DNA of 64,000 nt from Candidatus Shapirobacteria bacterium GW2011_GWF2_37_20. GTDB lineage: Bacteria > Patescibacteriota > Microgenomatia > UBA12405. This document shows positions 19,102 through 28,988 of this stretch, piece by piece. Both the position numbers and the translations under genes were made by a program. The first letter of the stretch is position 1. Every line of letters starts with the position of its first letter. The notes beneath the pieces were generated by a model. The model saw only the letters and a list, made by a program, of their open reading frames with translations, ran no database searches and was not told the origin of the DNA. The stretch spans positions 2,104 through 66,103 of the forward strand of contig LBTB01000001.1 in NCBI GenBank assembly GCA_000989305.1, read 5' to 3'.

Positions 19102-21768
19102 CTATATAATTTTGGGTGACTCGCCTACTTTGACGGGTTCTGCTAAAACGGTCATAGCGGAGACCTTGTCATCATTTTTTAGTCTCATGAGAATTACTCC
19201 ACGGGTGTTGCGTGAAAGTTTAGGAATGTCTTTGAGGGGGAGTTTGATGGTGACGGCTTTTTTGGAGACGAAGATGACCTGTTGACTATTTTCATTGACG
19301 ACAACTGCGGCAGCTAAATTGCCAGTTTTGGCGGTAAGATTGGCTACTTTGACGCCAAGACCACCTCTTCTCTGGAGGGGGTAGAGATAAGCGTCGCTAC
19401 GTTTACCCACACCATTTTCGGTGATGATTAATAAATGGCGAAAGAACTTAGTGCCCTTCTTTTCTTCAGTGGCGGCGACAATACTTTGAGGGAGAATGTC
19501 GATACCAACCAGATAGTCATTTTCTTTTAAGGTAATACCGCGAACGCCGCGGGTATGTCGACCCATGGGTCGACAATCGATTTCATTGAAACGGATACAT
19601 TTACCAACATGGGTAGCCATAAAGACTTGGTCGTTACCAGAAGTAAGACGGGCCCAGATTAATTCATCGTGGGGGTCAAGTTTGATGGCGGCCAGTCCGG
19701 AGAGCCGGATGTTTTTAAATTTTTCGATGGCAGTTTTTTTAATTGTGCCGTGTTTAGTGGCCAAAAGAATGTATTTAGCCGGATTATTTTTAGAGATGGG
19801 GAGAACGGTTTGAACAGTTTCACCCTGGATGATATTGATTAAATTAATGACGGCCTGACCTTTGGATTGTCGGCTACTTTCATTAATATCCCAAACCTTG
19901 ATTTTGAAACAACGGCCTTTGTTTGTGAAAATAAGAAGATCATCATGAGTGTCGACAAAAAGCATGTTTTCAACCTCGTCTTCTTGTTTTGTGGCCATAC
20001 CGGTGACACCAACTCCTCCACGTTGTTGAGTGCGGTAGGTTTCCATGGGAACACGCTTGATATAACCGCCACGGGTTAAAGTAACCAGGGTGGCTTCGTT
20101 GGGAATAAGATCTTCATCACTAAAGTCCTCGAGACCTTTAATGTAGATTTTAGTTAAACGTGGATCGGAATATTTTTCAGAAATTTCCTTATTTTCGGCC
20201 TTTAACACTTCAACCATTTTTTGGGGAAGACTGATAATGGCAGTTAATTCTTTAATGGTTTTTTGAATTTCATCGTATTCATTGTCAATTTTTTGTCGTT
20301 CTAAACCGGAAAGTTTTCGTAGCTGCATGTCTAGGATGGCCTGAGCTTGAAGATCGGTAAATCCAAATTTGGCCATTAATTTTGCTTTCGGGTCTTCATC
20401 TACTTTGGTGGCCCGAATAGTCTTAATGATTTCATCGATGACATCCAGGGCTTTTTTGAAACCCTCTAAAATGTGATTGCGCATATAGGCGGACTTTAGG
20501 TCAAATACAGTCCGGCGACGAATAATAATTTCCCGGTGACGAAGAAAGAGCAAGAGAATTTGGCGAAGATTTAGTGTTTGAGGAATACCATTAACTAAGG
20601 CCAAAAGATTGGCGGAATATGAGGATTGAAGTGCGGTGTATTTGAAAAGTTTATTGAGGACGGCTTTGGGTTTGCCGTTCTTTTTTATTTCGACAACAAC
20701 TCGGATACCATGTCTGTCTGATTCGTCGCGAAGATCAGAAATACCAATGATTTTTTTATCGGTAACCAGGCGAGCGATCTTTTGAATCATTTCAGATTTA
20801 TTGACCTGATACGGAAGTTCGGTGATAATAATTCTGATTTTTCCGGATTTTGTTTCTTCGATGTTGGTTTTTCCCCGGAGAGTAAATTTGCCCCGACCAG
20901 TGGTATACATCTCTAAAATACCGGTTTTTCCATATATTTCACCAGCAGTGGGAAAATCGGGTCCGGTAATAAATTTGGTTAGCTCTTCGATAGTGGCAGC
21001 GGTTTCGAAATTAAAAGAAAGTCTTTCTAATTCATGGACCGGCTTTAAAACAATTTCCTGAGTACTTAAGTGCTTGTCAAGAATGGGATTAATTTCAATT
21101 GGAGTTTCCTGTTTTTCTAAAGTGGCGGTATCCAGAACGTGTTCGATGCCGGCGCAAAGTTCTTTTAAGTTGTGGGGCGGAATGCGGGTGGCCATGCCAA
21201 CAGCGATACCGTCAGCGCCATTGAGAAGAAGGTTGGGAATTCTGGTGGGTAAAATCTCGGGTTCTTTCAAAGTAGAGTCAAAATTATCAACCATGGGAAC
21301 AGTGTCTTTTTCGATGTCGACTATCATTTCCGGGGAAATTTTACTCATTTTGGCTTCGGTGTAACGCATGGCGGCCGGAGGGTCACCGTCTATTGAACCA
21401 AAATTTCCTTGGCCATTTACCAGGGGGTAACGTAAAGAGAAACTTTGAGCCATGCGAACCATGGAACCGTAAACGGCCATGTCACCATGAGGGTGGTATT
21501 TACCTAAAACTTCACCGACAACTTTGGCAGATTTTGTAAAACGACCACCGGGAGTAAGACCCATTTGATCCATAGCATAAAGAATCCGGCGGTGAACAGG
21601 CTTCAGACCATCGCGGACATCAGGTAAAGCCCGGGCGACGATAACTGACATGGCGTAATCCAAATAGGATTTTTCCATTTCGGGAACAATATCGACTTCG
21701 AGGATTTTACCGACATTATTGATGAAAGCCGGAGTATCATTAACTATTTTGTTGGGTGTATCAGCCAT
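19102..21768 (-). CDS. gyrA: DNA gyrase subunit A
   Basis: [29 protein letters not shown], GyrA-box-like QQRGGVG and QRRGGLG. Confidence 0.98.
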   Translation of the reverse strand: MADTPNKIVNDTPAFINNVGKILEVDIVPEMEKSYLDYAMSVIVARALPDVRDGLKPVHRRILYAMDQMGLTPGGRFTKSAKVVGEVLGKYHPHGDMAVYGSMVRMAQSFSLRYPLVNGQGNFGSIDGDPPAAMRYTEAKMSKISPEMIVDIEKDTVPMVDNFDSTLKEPEILPTRIPNLLLNGADGIAVGMATRIPPHNLKELCAGIEHVLDTATLEKQETPIEINPILDKHLSTQEIVLKPVHELERLSFNFETAATIEELTKFITGPDFPTAGEIYGKTGILEMYTTGRGKFTLRGKTNIEETKSGKIRIIITELPYQVNKSEMIQKIARLVTDKKIIGISDLRDESDRHGIRVVVEIKKNGKPKAVLNKLFKYTALQSSYSANLLALVNGIPQTLNLRQILLLFLRHREIIIRRRTVFDLKSAYMRNHILEGFKKALDVIDEIIKTIRATKVDEDPKAKLMAKFGFTDLQAQAILDMQLRKLSGLERQKIDNEYDEIQKTIKELTAIISLPQKMVEVLKAENKEISEKYSDPRLTKIYIKGLEDFSDEDLIPNEATLVTLTRGGYIKRVPMETYRTQQRGGVGVTGMATKQEDEVENMLFVDTHDDLLIFTNKGRCFKIKVWDINESSRQSKGQAVINLINIIQGETVQTVLPISKNNPAKYILLATKHGTIKKTAIEKFKNIRLSGLAAIKLDPHDELIWARLTSGNDQVFMATHVGKCIRFNEIDCRPMGRHTRGVRGITLKENDYLVGIDILPQSIVAATEEKKGTKFFRHLLIITENGVGKRSDAYLYPLQRRGGLGVKVANLTAKTGNLAAAVVVNENSQQVIFVSKKAVTIKLPLKDIPKLSRNTRGVILMRLKNDDKVSAMTVLAEPVKVGESPKII

Positions 21769-21771
21769 ATT

Positions 21772-23712
21772 TTATATATCTAAATTTGCCAGATGGGCAT
21801 GAGTAACGATGAATTTTTTACGAGGCGGAACATCTTCGCCCATAAGAATCCGAAAGATTTCATCAGCTTTGGCGGCATCTGAAATGGAAACTTTTTTTAG
21901 TTGTCGGCTTTCCGGATTCATGGTGGTTTCCCAGAGCTGTTGGGGATTCATTTCTCCTAAACCTTTATAGCGTTGAAGGTCATAACTTTTGGAAGAATCA
22001 AGAGTTTTGACGTAAGACTCTTTGTCTTCGTCGGTATAAACGTATTTAACTTCTTTGCCTTGTTTGATTTTGTAAAGAGGCGGCATGGCAATATAAATAT
22101 GACCATTTTCAATTAAACCCGGTAAATGACGGAAGATAAAAGTCAAAAGCAGAGTGGCGATATGAGAGCCGTCAACGTCAGCATCAGACATTAAGATAAT
22201 CCGATGGTAACGAAGCTTTTCCAGATTAAAGGTGTCACCTATCCCCATACCCAGGGCAATAATGAAATCTTTTAGTTTATCTGAGCCAACGATTTTGTCC
22301 AGACGCATCCCTTCAGTGTTGAGGGCTTTTCCCCATAGAGGTAAAATGGCCTGAAATTTACGGTCGCGACCTTGTTTAGCGGAACCACCGGCGGAATCAC
22401 CTTCAACGATATAGATTTCGCAGTCGGCGGGATTTTTACTTTGACAATCAGCTAATTTACCCGGAAGTCCCATGGAGTCAAAGGCACCTTTGCGCATAAT
22501 AGCGTCTTTGGCGGCTTTGGCAGCTTTTCGAATCTGAATAGTCAGAAGAGCCTTGCTGATGATGGCTTTGGCAGTATCCGGATGTTCTTCAAAATAGGTA
22601 TCAAGCTGTTCCCGAACAATTTTAGCTACGATTGGCTGAACTTCAGAATTACCCAATTTACCTTTGGTTTGGCCCTCAAACTGGAGATCCTTGCTACCCA
22701 TTTTAATGGAAAGAGCGGCAGTAAGACCTTCACGGACATCGTCTCCGGTGATAGTATCGTCTTTGTTTTTGACCATTTCTTTACGTTCAGCATAGTCTTT
22801 TATGGCTTTAGTTAGGGCGATTTTGAACCCGGTTAGATGAGTTCCGCCTTCATGGGTATTGATAATGTTGACATAAGAAGGTGTGTTTTCCTGAAAGCTG
22901 TCATTGTATTGAATAGCAACTTCGACATCAACACCATCGCTGGTGCCATGGATGTAAATTGGCTCGTGAACGACAACTTTATTTTTGTTTAACTCCCGAA
23001 GTAAGGATAAAATTCCTCCTTCGAAATAATAGTGGTGTTCGGTGTGGTTTCTTTCGTCGAAGAAATGAAAATAAATTTTGCTAGTTAGATAAGCACGGTC
23101 TTTTAAGGCTTTGATAATGGTTTTATTGTCAAGTTCAATAGTTTCTTTGAAGATTTCGGTGTCAGGAAAAAAAGTGGTGGTGGTGCCAGTGGTGTTTTCC
23201 GAAATAATTTCTTTTAATTTTTCAATTTTGGTTGAGTCAATTGTGCTAAGCTTGGTTTTAATTTTTCCCCGGGAAAAATCCATGTAATAGATTTTTCCGT
23301 CACGGCGGACTTCGACTTGATAAAGCTGAGAGAGAGCATTAACACAGGCGGCACCAACACCATGTAAACCACCTGAGACTTTGTAGGCGGTGCCTTCAAA
23401 TTTACCACCTGAATGAAGAGTGGTCATGATGACTTCAAGAGCGGGTTTTTTGTATTTGGGCATGATGTCGATAGGAATACCTCGGCCATCGTCGGCGACG
23501 GTAGTTGAGTTGTCGGGATGGATAATTATCCAGATATTTTTGGCAAAACCAGCCAGGGCTTCATCAATTGAATTATCGATAATTTCCGTCAGACAGTGGT
23601 GGAGACCGTGAATATCGGTGGAACCGATATACATGGCTGGACGTTTTCGGACAGGTTCGAGTCCCTCGAGAACGACAATTTGATCAGAAGTATATTTATT
23701 AGTTTCAGGCAT
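21772..23712 (-). CDS. gyrB: DNA gyrase subunit B
   Basis: GLEPVRKRP.MYIG, EIIDNSIDE, SGGLHGVG, EGDSAGG, DADVDG, RYKGLGEMNP. Confidence 0.98.
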   Translation of the reverse strand: MPETNKYTSDQIVVLEGLEPVRKRPAMYIGSTDIHGLHHCLTEIIDNSIDEALAGFAKNIWIIIHPDNSTTVADDGRGIPIDIMPKYKKPALEVIMTTLHSGGKFEGTAYKVSGGLHGVGAACVNALSQLYQVEVRRDGKIYYMDFSRGKIKTKLSTIDSTKIEKLKEIISENTTGTTTTFFPDTEIFKETIELDNKTIIKALKDRAYLTSKIYFHFFDERNHTEHHYYFEGGILSLLRELNKNKVVVHEPIYIHGTSDGVDVEVAIQYNDSFQENTPSYVNIINTHEGGTHLTGFKIALTKAIKDYAERKEMVKNKDDTITGDDVREGLTAALSIKMGSKDLQFEGQTKGKLGNSEVQPIVAKIVREQLDTYFEEHPDTAKAIISKALLTIQIRKAAKAAKDAIMRKGAFDSMGLPGKLADCQSKNPADCEIYIVEGDSAGGSAKQGRDRKFQAILPLWGKALNTEGMRLDKIVGSDKLKDFIIALGMGIGDTFNLEKLRYHRIILMSDADVDGSHIATLLLTFIFRHLPGLIENGHIYIAMPPLYKIKQGKEVKYVYTDEDKESYVKTLDSSKSYDLQRYKGLGEMNPQQLWETTMNPESRQLKKVSISDAAKADEIFRILMGEDVPPRKKFIVTHAHLANLDI

Positions 23713-23909
23713 AAAAATTCTATCCCCCAATTTAAAAAATACCGAATTATTGAGTTAAATTAATTGTAACAGATAAAAGTAGCTTAACAAGAAGCAAATT
23801 ACATGGAAAGATAGGGTAAAAATATTGATAAAAATGTATCAAAATAGGTCAAAAATGGGCTTAATTTAATGCCTTAAGTAAGGCAGATTTTTTGTGCTAA
23901 AATGGGCTT

Positions 23910-24167
23910 ATGGCAGTTGAATTTGATGGATTAGGTAATGTTGAAGTTCGCTTTGTTGGCGAAGAAAAGTTGTATTTAGTTTATGAACAACCGGCGGTGT
24001 TGAGGTCTGACCAGGTAGAATGGATGGTAAAAATGGGTCATCCGGTGGCAGAGGTGTTACCACAACACAGAAAAACCATGATCAACAGATTGAATAAGAG
24101 GGAGACGGAAAGAGTACAAGAAAATCGATGTTTTAGAAGAAAGGCTGTGAATTTTTCAGCTTTTTAA
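23910..24167 (+). CDS. Hypothetical protein
   Basis: 85-aa ORF with TGcTAAAAT 6 nt before ATG. Confidence 0.55.
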   Translation: MAVEFDGLGNVEVRFVGEEKLYLVYEQPAVLRSDQVEWMVKMGHPVAEVLPQHRKTMINRLNKRETERVQENRCFRRKAVNFSAF

Positions 24168-24689
24168 TTTACCAAGAGCGTCGAAAGCAATGATGGCGGT
24201 GGCGACGAGGACATTGAGAGAAACATTGATACCGTACATGGGAATTTCAACGATTTGATCGCACATTTTTAGACTATTTTCCGTTATCCCATTCATTTCG
24301 CTGCCGGCAACGATAGCGAGGGGAAATTTGTATTTAGTTTTTTGGTAATTTATACTATTTTTCCCCTGTTCACAGGCAACTATTTGGTAACCCTCGGTTT
24401 TTAATTTGTTAAGACAATCCCTTACTCTGTTGAAATGTTCCCAGGGAATCCATTTCCAGGTGCCAATAGAAGCACGGTGGATTTTTAGATTGGGTGGAGT
24501 AACTACAGGGCCGCATAAGTAAATTTTACTGGCACCGAGGGCATCGGCTAGGCGGAAGAAGGAACCAATGTTGTAGGTGTCGAGGACGTTGTCTAACACC
24601 AGAACAATGGGGTTGCGCTTAATTTCTTTTTGTAATTTTGCCGAGTCCCCTACTCCACTTTTTCGTAATTGGTGAGAATTTAGTTTCAT
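24156..24689 (-). CDS. TrmH/SpoU family RNA methyltransferase
   Basis: LDNV...YNIGS.FR, GSE..GI, IPMYG...SLNV. Confidence 0.93.
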   Translation of the reverse strand: MKLNSHQLRKSGVGDSAKLQKEIKRNPIVLVLDNVLDTYNIGSFFRLADALGASKIYLCGPVVTPPNLKIHRASIGTWKWIPWEHFNRVRDCLNKLKTEGYQIVACEQGKNSINYQKTKYKFPLAIVAGSEMNGITENSLKMCDQIVEIPMYGINVSLNVLVATAIIAFDALGKLKS

Positions 24690-24711
24690 AGGATTATGGT
24701 TTTATTATAAC

Positions 24712-24740
24712 AAAAAATCCCCCATTGCAGGGGGATTTTT
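24712..24740 (-). terminator. Rho-independent terminator (symmetric)
   Basis: AAAAAATCCCCC-ATTGCA-GGGGGATTTTT. Confidence 0.8.
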
Positions 24741-24754
24741 AAGTTAAATCAATT

Positions 24755-25741
24755 TTAACAGCCTCCGGCGGCAGGAGCAACGCCTTCGAGGTCGTTTAGA
24801 ATACTTTTACATTCAGCAGGAGTTTTTTGAAAAGAGGCACAGAGGGCTTCTTTAATAACATTGGGAGTGCGATAACGATCCTGAGTGGCGACTTTACTGC
24901 CGATTTTAAGACTCCCCTTACCGTCTTGGGTATAAGCGGCTTCCGGGGGGAAGGCAACATCGTTAATTAATACGGTAGGAGAACTGGAGACATTATATTT
25001 ATTAGTAATGGCAATTTCTTTTTCAATTAAATCAATCCCCTCTTGATTAAAACATTGGGTGATTTTGGCAGTATCTAGTCCAGCGGATTTGGCCTGGTTT
25101 TCCCAACAGGTGTCGACATCTTGAGCGGTACAATTTTTGTTGATGGCGCCGATGAAATTCCACCATTGGGTTTTGTCAGTGCTTTGGTTCCAGACACAGA
25201 TTTCGCGAATATTCTGATTGGCTTCCTGACGACCATGAAGAGAAGCGTAAACGGCTCCATTTTCCGATTTGATGTAGGCACTCTCATTTTTACATTGAGT
25301 TAAATTACTAGCAATAACCTTTTTACATTCGGCTTCGGTGGTGAAATATTTATTTTGAACATAGAGAGCGCATTGGGTGGGGTCACCGGAGCGGGTTTTA
25401 CAATAGGTATCGAGATTTTCTATCTTTTCAAAGATATAGTGAGGAGTAATGTCAGCCTTGTCTTTAATTAAATCGAAAACCGGACGAAGAACATCTTCTA
25501 TTTGGTTGCCATAAGGACAAAAACTCATGACAAAGAATTTTAATTCAGGTTTTTGACTTTTTTGGGCGGCAAAAGTAATGGTGGTTGAGTTTGCGGTGGG
25601 GCTGGTACCCCTGGTGCTTTTAAGTTTATTCCAGGCAAATCCGGAATAAAAAGAGGTGCCAAGCAAAAGGATTCCAAAAGTTACGACAGCCGGTGTGGGA
25701 ATATTAATAGATTTTTTTATTTTTTTAAATGCTTTTTTCAT
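24755..25741 (-). CDS. Membrane-anchored thioredoxin/DsbA-like protein, Cys-rich
   Basis: TM, FFVMSFCPYG, SLHG.QE, VSSSPTVLIN cis-Pro motif. Confidence 0.75.
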   Translation of the reverse strand: MKKAFKKIKKSINIPTPAVVTFGILLLGTSFYSGFAWNKLKSTRGTSPTANSTTITFAAQKSQKPELKFFVMSFCPYGNQIEDVLRPVFDLIKDKADITPHYIFEKIENLDTYCKTRSGDPTQCALYVQNKYFTTEAECKKVIASNLTQCKNESAYIKSENGAVYASLHGRQEANQNIREICVWNQSTDKTQWWNFIGAINKNCTAQDVDTCWENQAKSAGLDTAKITQCFNQEGIDLIEKEIAITNKYNVSSSPTVLINDVAFPPEAAYTQDGKGSLKIGSKVATQDRYRTPNVIKEALCASFQKTPAECKSILNDLEGVAPAAGGC

Positions 25742-25755
25742 GAGGGAATGAATTA

Positions 25756-25962
25756 TTAATTACTTTCTTCAACAATAGAAATGGCGGTAACAGGGCAGGA
25801 GGAAATAGCTGTTTTAACATTTTCAGTAATAGTTTCTGGCTGGGCTTTAACCTTTGCTTTGTAGGTGGTGGCGTCCATCTCAAAGGTTTCTGGATCAATA
25901 AGCGGACAAGTATTACAACCAATACATTTTTCCTGGTCGACAACGACTTTGAATTTTGACAT
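25756..25962 (-). CDS. Monocluster ferredoxin
   Basis: CIGCNTC...CPVTAI. Confidence 0.92.
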   Translation of the reverse strand: MSKFKVVVDQEKCIGCNTCPLIDPETFEMDATTYKAKVKAQPETITENVKTAISSCPVTAISIVEESN

Positions 25963-25970
25963 ATATGAGA

Positions 25971-26471
25971 TTATAACAGAGTGCCGTCAAGATACTTTTT
26001 GTAAAAATTAGCAGAGACGATAATGGCATTGAGAAGCATGGCGATACGTTCTTCGGCTTCTTCGCGAGTAAGATTTTTTAAATTATTTGGAAAATAGTGA
26101 AAAATTTCATTACGACCATATTTCCAGGCACTCCAAAGTTTTTCGGCTAAAGACTCCCCCTCTTCGCTAAGATTGGCTAACTTTTGGTAGATGGAAAATC
26201 TTTTATAGCGAAGCGATGGGTTGAGAGTTTTACCAACCCGAAAACGGTCACTTTCGTAATCATATTTATCAATAACGTGGGTTTTTAGAAAAAAATCTTT
26301 AAGGTAGCCTTCATAGGCCTTAGAAATTGGAGAAACCAGGAAAGAATAATCATTGATGTGGTTGTGTTTGAGACTGGCTAAAACCACTACCACGTCGTTG
26401 ACCAAAGCGTCTTGGGAGGGAGAAAGATACCGTTTGGCTTCGGCCACTAATTGGGGAGAAATTTGGGTCAT
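25971..26471 (-). CDS. Stand-alone HEPN-domain protein (RnlA/LsoA nuclease-domain-like)
   Basis: DYSFLVSPISKAYEGYLK and RNEIFH (RxxxxH). Confidence 0.7.
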   Translation of the reverse strand: MTQISPQLVAEAKRYLSPSQDALVNDVVVVLASLKHNHINDYSFLVSPISKAYEGYLKDFFLKTHVIDKYDYESDRFRVGKTLNPSLRYKRFSIYQKLANLSEEGESLAEKLWSAWKYGRNEIFHYFPNNLKNLTREEAEERIAMLLNAIIVSANFYKKYLDGTLL

Positions 26472-27028
26472 CGAGAGCTAATTAAAAAGATGGTGAAAAA
26501 CAAATTGATAACTAAAAAGGTAAGAAGGTAATATTTTAAAGAATCAGTGGGAAGTTGTTTGTTTTCCCGGGCAAAGAGCCAAAGCTTGAGGTGAGAAGGA
26601 TCTCGGGAAAAATCTTTGATTTCGTCGGTCAATAGATGAAGGTTGACGGCTAAAAGAAAGGCTTTGGCAAAGATATTGGAACTTGAAGTAAAAACAAAAA
26701 ATGAGATTAAAGTTATGATAATTTGGAAAAAATAATGGTGAAAAATAAGGCTGGTATGGTGGGAGTGAGTAGTTTCAAGAAGTTTGAGAAGAGATTTAAA
26801 GTCTCCCTTTTTCCAGGCAGTTTTTGCCAGATGACTTTCGTCAAGATTGGGCTCTAAATAGAACCAATAGATTAAATGATCGATGTCGAGAAAAAAAGAG
26901 CCCCAGAGAAAGCCAAAGAAAAGAAAAACATAGTTGTACCAAACAACTTTTTGAAAAAGCCAAAGCAGGGAAACAACCAAAAAAATGGCAAAAAGAGGTA
27001 GTAAATGATTTTTTAATTCCTGTTTCAC
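26468..27028 (-). CDS. Membrane protein, putative metal-dependent hydrolase
   Basis: LDIDH, FHH, HLLTD motifs among TM helices. Confidence 0.65.
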   Translation of the reverse strand: MKQELKNHLLPLFAIFLVVSLLWLFQKVVWYNYVFLFFGFLWGSFFLDIDHLIYWFYLEPNLDESHLAKTAWKKGDFKSLLKLLETTHSHHTSLIFHHYFFQIIITLISFFVFTSSSNIFAKAFLLAVNLHLLTDEIKDFSRDPSHLKLWLFARENKQLPTDSLKYYLLTFLVINLFFTIFLISSR

Positions 27029-27051
27029 TAAAATAATATTAGCAGAAAAAT

Positions 27052-28281
27052 CTACTCGTATCTTAAGGCTTCGATGGGAGAGAGTTTGCTGGCTTTACGA
27101 GCAGGAGCGACGCCAAAAATGATACCAACCAGAAAGGAAACACCAAAAGCCAAGGTAACGGAACCCATGGTGACTTTGGCGGGAAAGAAATTATTTATGG
27201 CAGAAGTACCAAGGGAGCCTAAAATAATGCCAATTATTCCACCAATTCCGGAAAGAATCATGGCTTCAAAAAGAAATTGAATTAAAATGGCATTGGGAAA
27301 AGCACCAATAGCTTTACGAAGACCGATTTCACGGGTCCGTTCTGAGACAGTGACCAACATAATGTTCATAATACCGATACCGCCAACGACGAGAGAGATG
27401 GCGGCAATACCGGTCAGGGCAATGGTTAGGGTGGCAATAATTGAATTGATTGAACTTAATAGTTGAGAAGAATCAAAAACGGTAAAAGCATCTTTGTCAT
27501 ATTTTTTCAATAATAATTTATTGAGCTCAGATTTTGTTGGTTCAACCAAATCTTTACTGGAAGTCTTTATCATTATTTGGGCAAGATCTTCATTACCATT
27601 TATATTAAAGACAACGTTTAGGGGAGTGTAAACTTGACTGTCTTGATCTGGACCACCGAAGGATGAGCCTTTTTTGTCGACAATACCAATTATTTTATAA
27701 TTTTTCCCTTTGATAATAACGGTCCGATTTAGTGGATTTCCACCAGGAAAAAGATCATTGGCAATAGTGTAACCCATAACTAAAACTGGGCTACCTTTGT
27801 TGTACTCCTCCAGAGTAAACCAGCGACCGTTTCCGACAGAGGGTAAAAGATTTAGTAATTCACCGAGCTGATTGGTGGAACCGGCCAGGGTGATGTTATC
27901 TTTGGTAATTTTATTGGATTTTATTTCAATAATGGTGGCTGCCGTGGGCAGAACAGTAATTCCCCTTATATTGCGTTTAATATTGTTGACATCGGCAATA
28001 GAAAATTTGGTGGTGACAAAGCGAGAGCTTTCACCGCCACTAAAGCCTCCCTTGTCGTTAAAAATTTTTCCCGGGGAGATAAAAATTGAATTGGAGCCAA
28101 GACTTTCGAATTGCTGATTAATATAGATGGTTAAACCGTTACCAATTGAGGTTAGTAAAATGACAGAAGTTACGCCAATGATAATACCTAAGGATGTGAG
28201 TAATGTTCGGCTTTTATTTTTTAAAACGGCGCGAATACTACTTTGAAACAAGTCACTGAGAGATGGTTTTATTTTTAACAT
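27052..28281 (-). CDS. MacB-like ABC transporter permease
   Basis: RTLLTSLGIIIG, VGGIGIMNIMLVTVSERTREIGLRKAIGA, PIEALRYE. Confidence 0.95.
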   Translation of the reverse strand: MLKIKPSLSDLFQSSIRAVLKNKSRTLLTSLGIIIGVTSVILLTSIGNGLTIYINQQFESLGSNSIFISPGKIFNDKGGFSGGESSRFVTTKFSIADVNNIKRNIRGITVLPTAATIIEIKSNKITKDNITLAGSTNQLGELLNLLPSVGNGRWFTLEEYNKGSPVLVMGYTIANDLFPGGNPLNRTVIIKGKNYKIIGIVDKKGSSFGGPDQDSQVYTPLNVVFNINGNEDLAQIMIKTSSKDLVEPTKSELNKLLLKKYDKDAFTVFDSSQLLSSINSIIATLTIALTGIAAISLVVGGIGIMNIMLVTVSERTREIGLRKAIGAFPNAILIQFLFEAMILSGIGGIIGIILGSLGTSAINNFFPAKVTMGSVTLAFGVSFLVGIIFGVAPARKASKLSPIEALRYE

Positions 28282-28988
28282 GGATTGCTGGTAACCTTAC
28301 CATCCTTAATAATTATTATGCGCTCCGCCTGCCTAGCTAATTCCATATCGTGGGTGACAAGAATTATCGTGTTACCTTCGTTATGGAGTTGGTGAAAAAG
28401 GGCGATGATTTCTTTGCCGGATTTGGAATCAAGATTTCCGGTGGGTTCATCAGCCATAATAATTTTTGGATTATTGATAAGAGCCCTGGCTATAGCGACG
28501 CGTTGTTGTTGACCACCAGAAAGCTGGGCTGGGGTGTTTCTTAGTTTATCCCCTAGCCCGACTTTAGTCAGCATTTCTATTGATTTAGGCAATCGTTCAG
28601 ATTTTGGAACATTAGAATATAAAAGAGGTAGGGAGACATTTTCAGTGGCAGAGGTTTTGGCTAAAAGATTGAATTGCTGAAAGACAAAACCGAGGGTAAT
28701 ATTTCTGGTTTTGGCGAGTTCTTCTTCGTTGAGGTGGGAAATATTTTGACCTTCAAGTAGAACTTGGCCGGAGGTAGGGTTGTCCAAGAGTCCGACGATA
28801 TGCATCAGGGTTGATTTTCCGGAACCACTGGGGCCGGTAATAGAAATGAATTCACCTTGATTGATACAAAGCGAAACTCCATCAAGAGCGTTGAAGGTGG
28901 TGTTTCCAGAGGTGTAAGTCTTAACGATATCCTTTAATTCCAAAACAGGCTTTAAGGATTTAGATTTTTTTGATAACAACTGAGTCAT
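28275..28988 (-). CDS. ABC transporter ATP-binding protein (MacB/LolD type)
   Basis: GPSGSGKST, LSGGQQQR, ADEPTGNLD, VTHD. Confidence 0.96.
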   Translation of the reverse strand: MTQLLSKKSKSLKPVLELKDIVKTYTSGNTTFNALDGVSLCINQGEFISITGPSGSGKSTLMHIVGLLDNPTSGQVLLEGQNISHLNEEELAKTRNITLGFVFQQFNLLAKTSATENVSLPLLYSNVPKSERLPKSIEMLTKVGLGDKLRNTPAQLSGGQQQRVAIARALINNPKIIMADEPTGNLDSKSGKEIIALFHQLHNEGNTIILVTHDMELARQAERIIIIKDGKVTSNPC

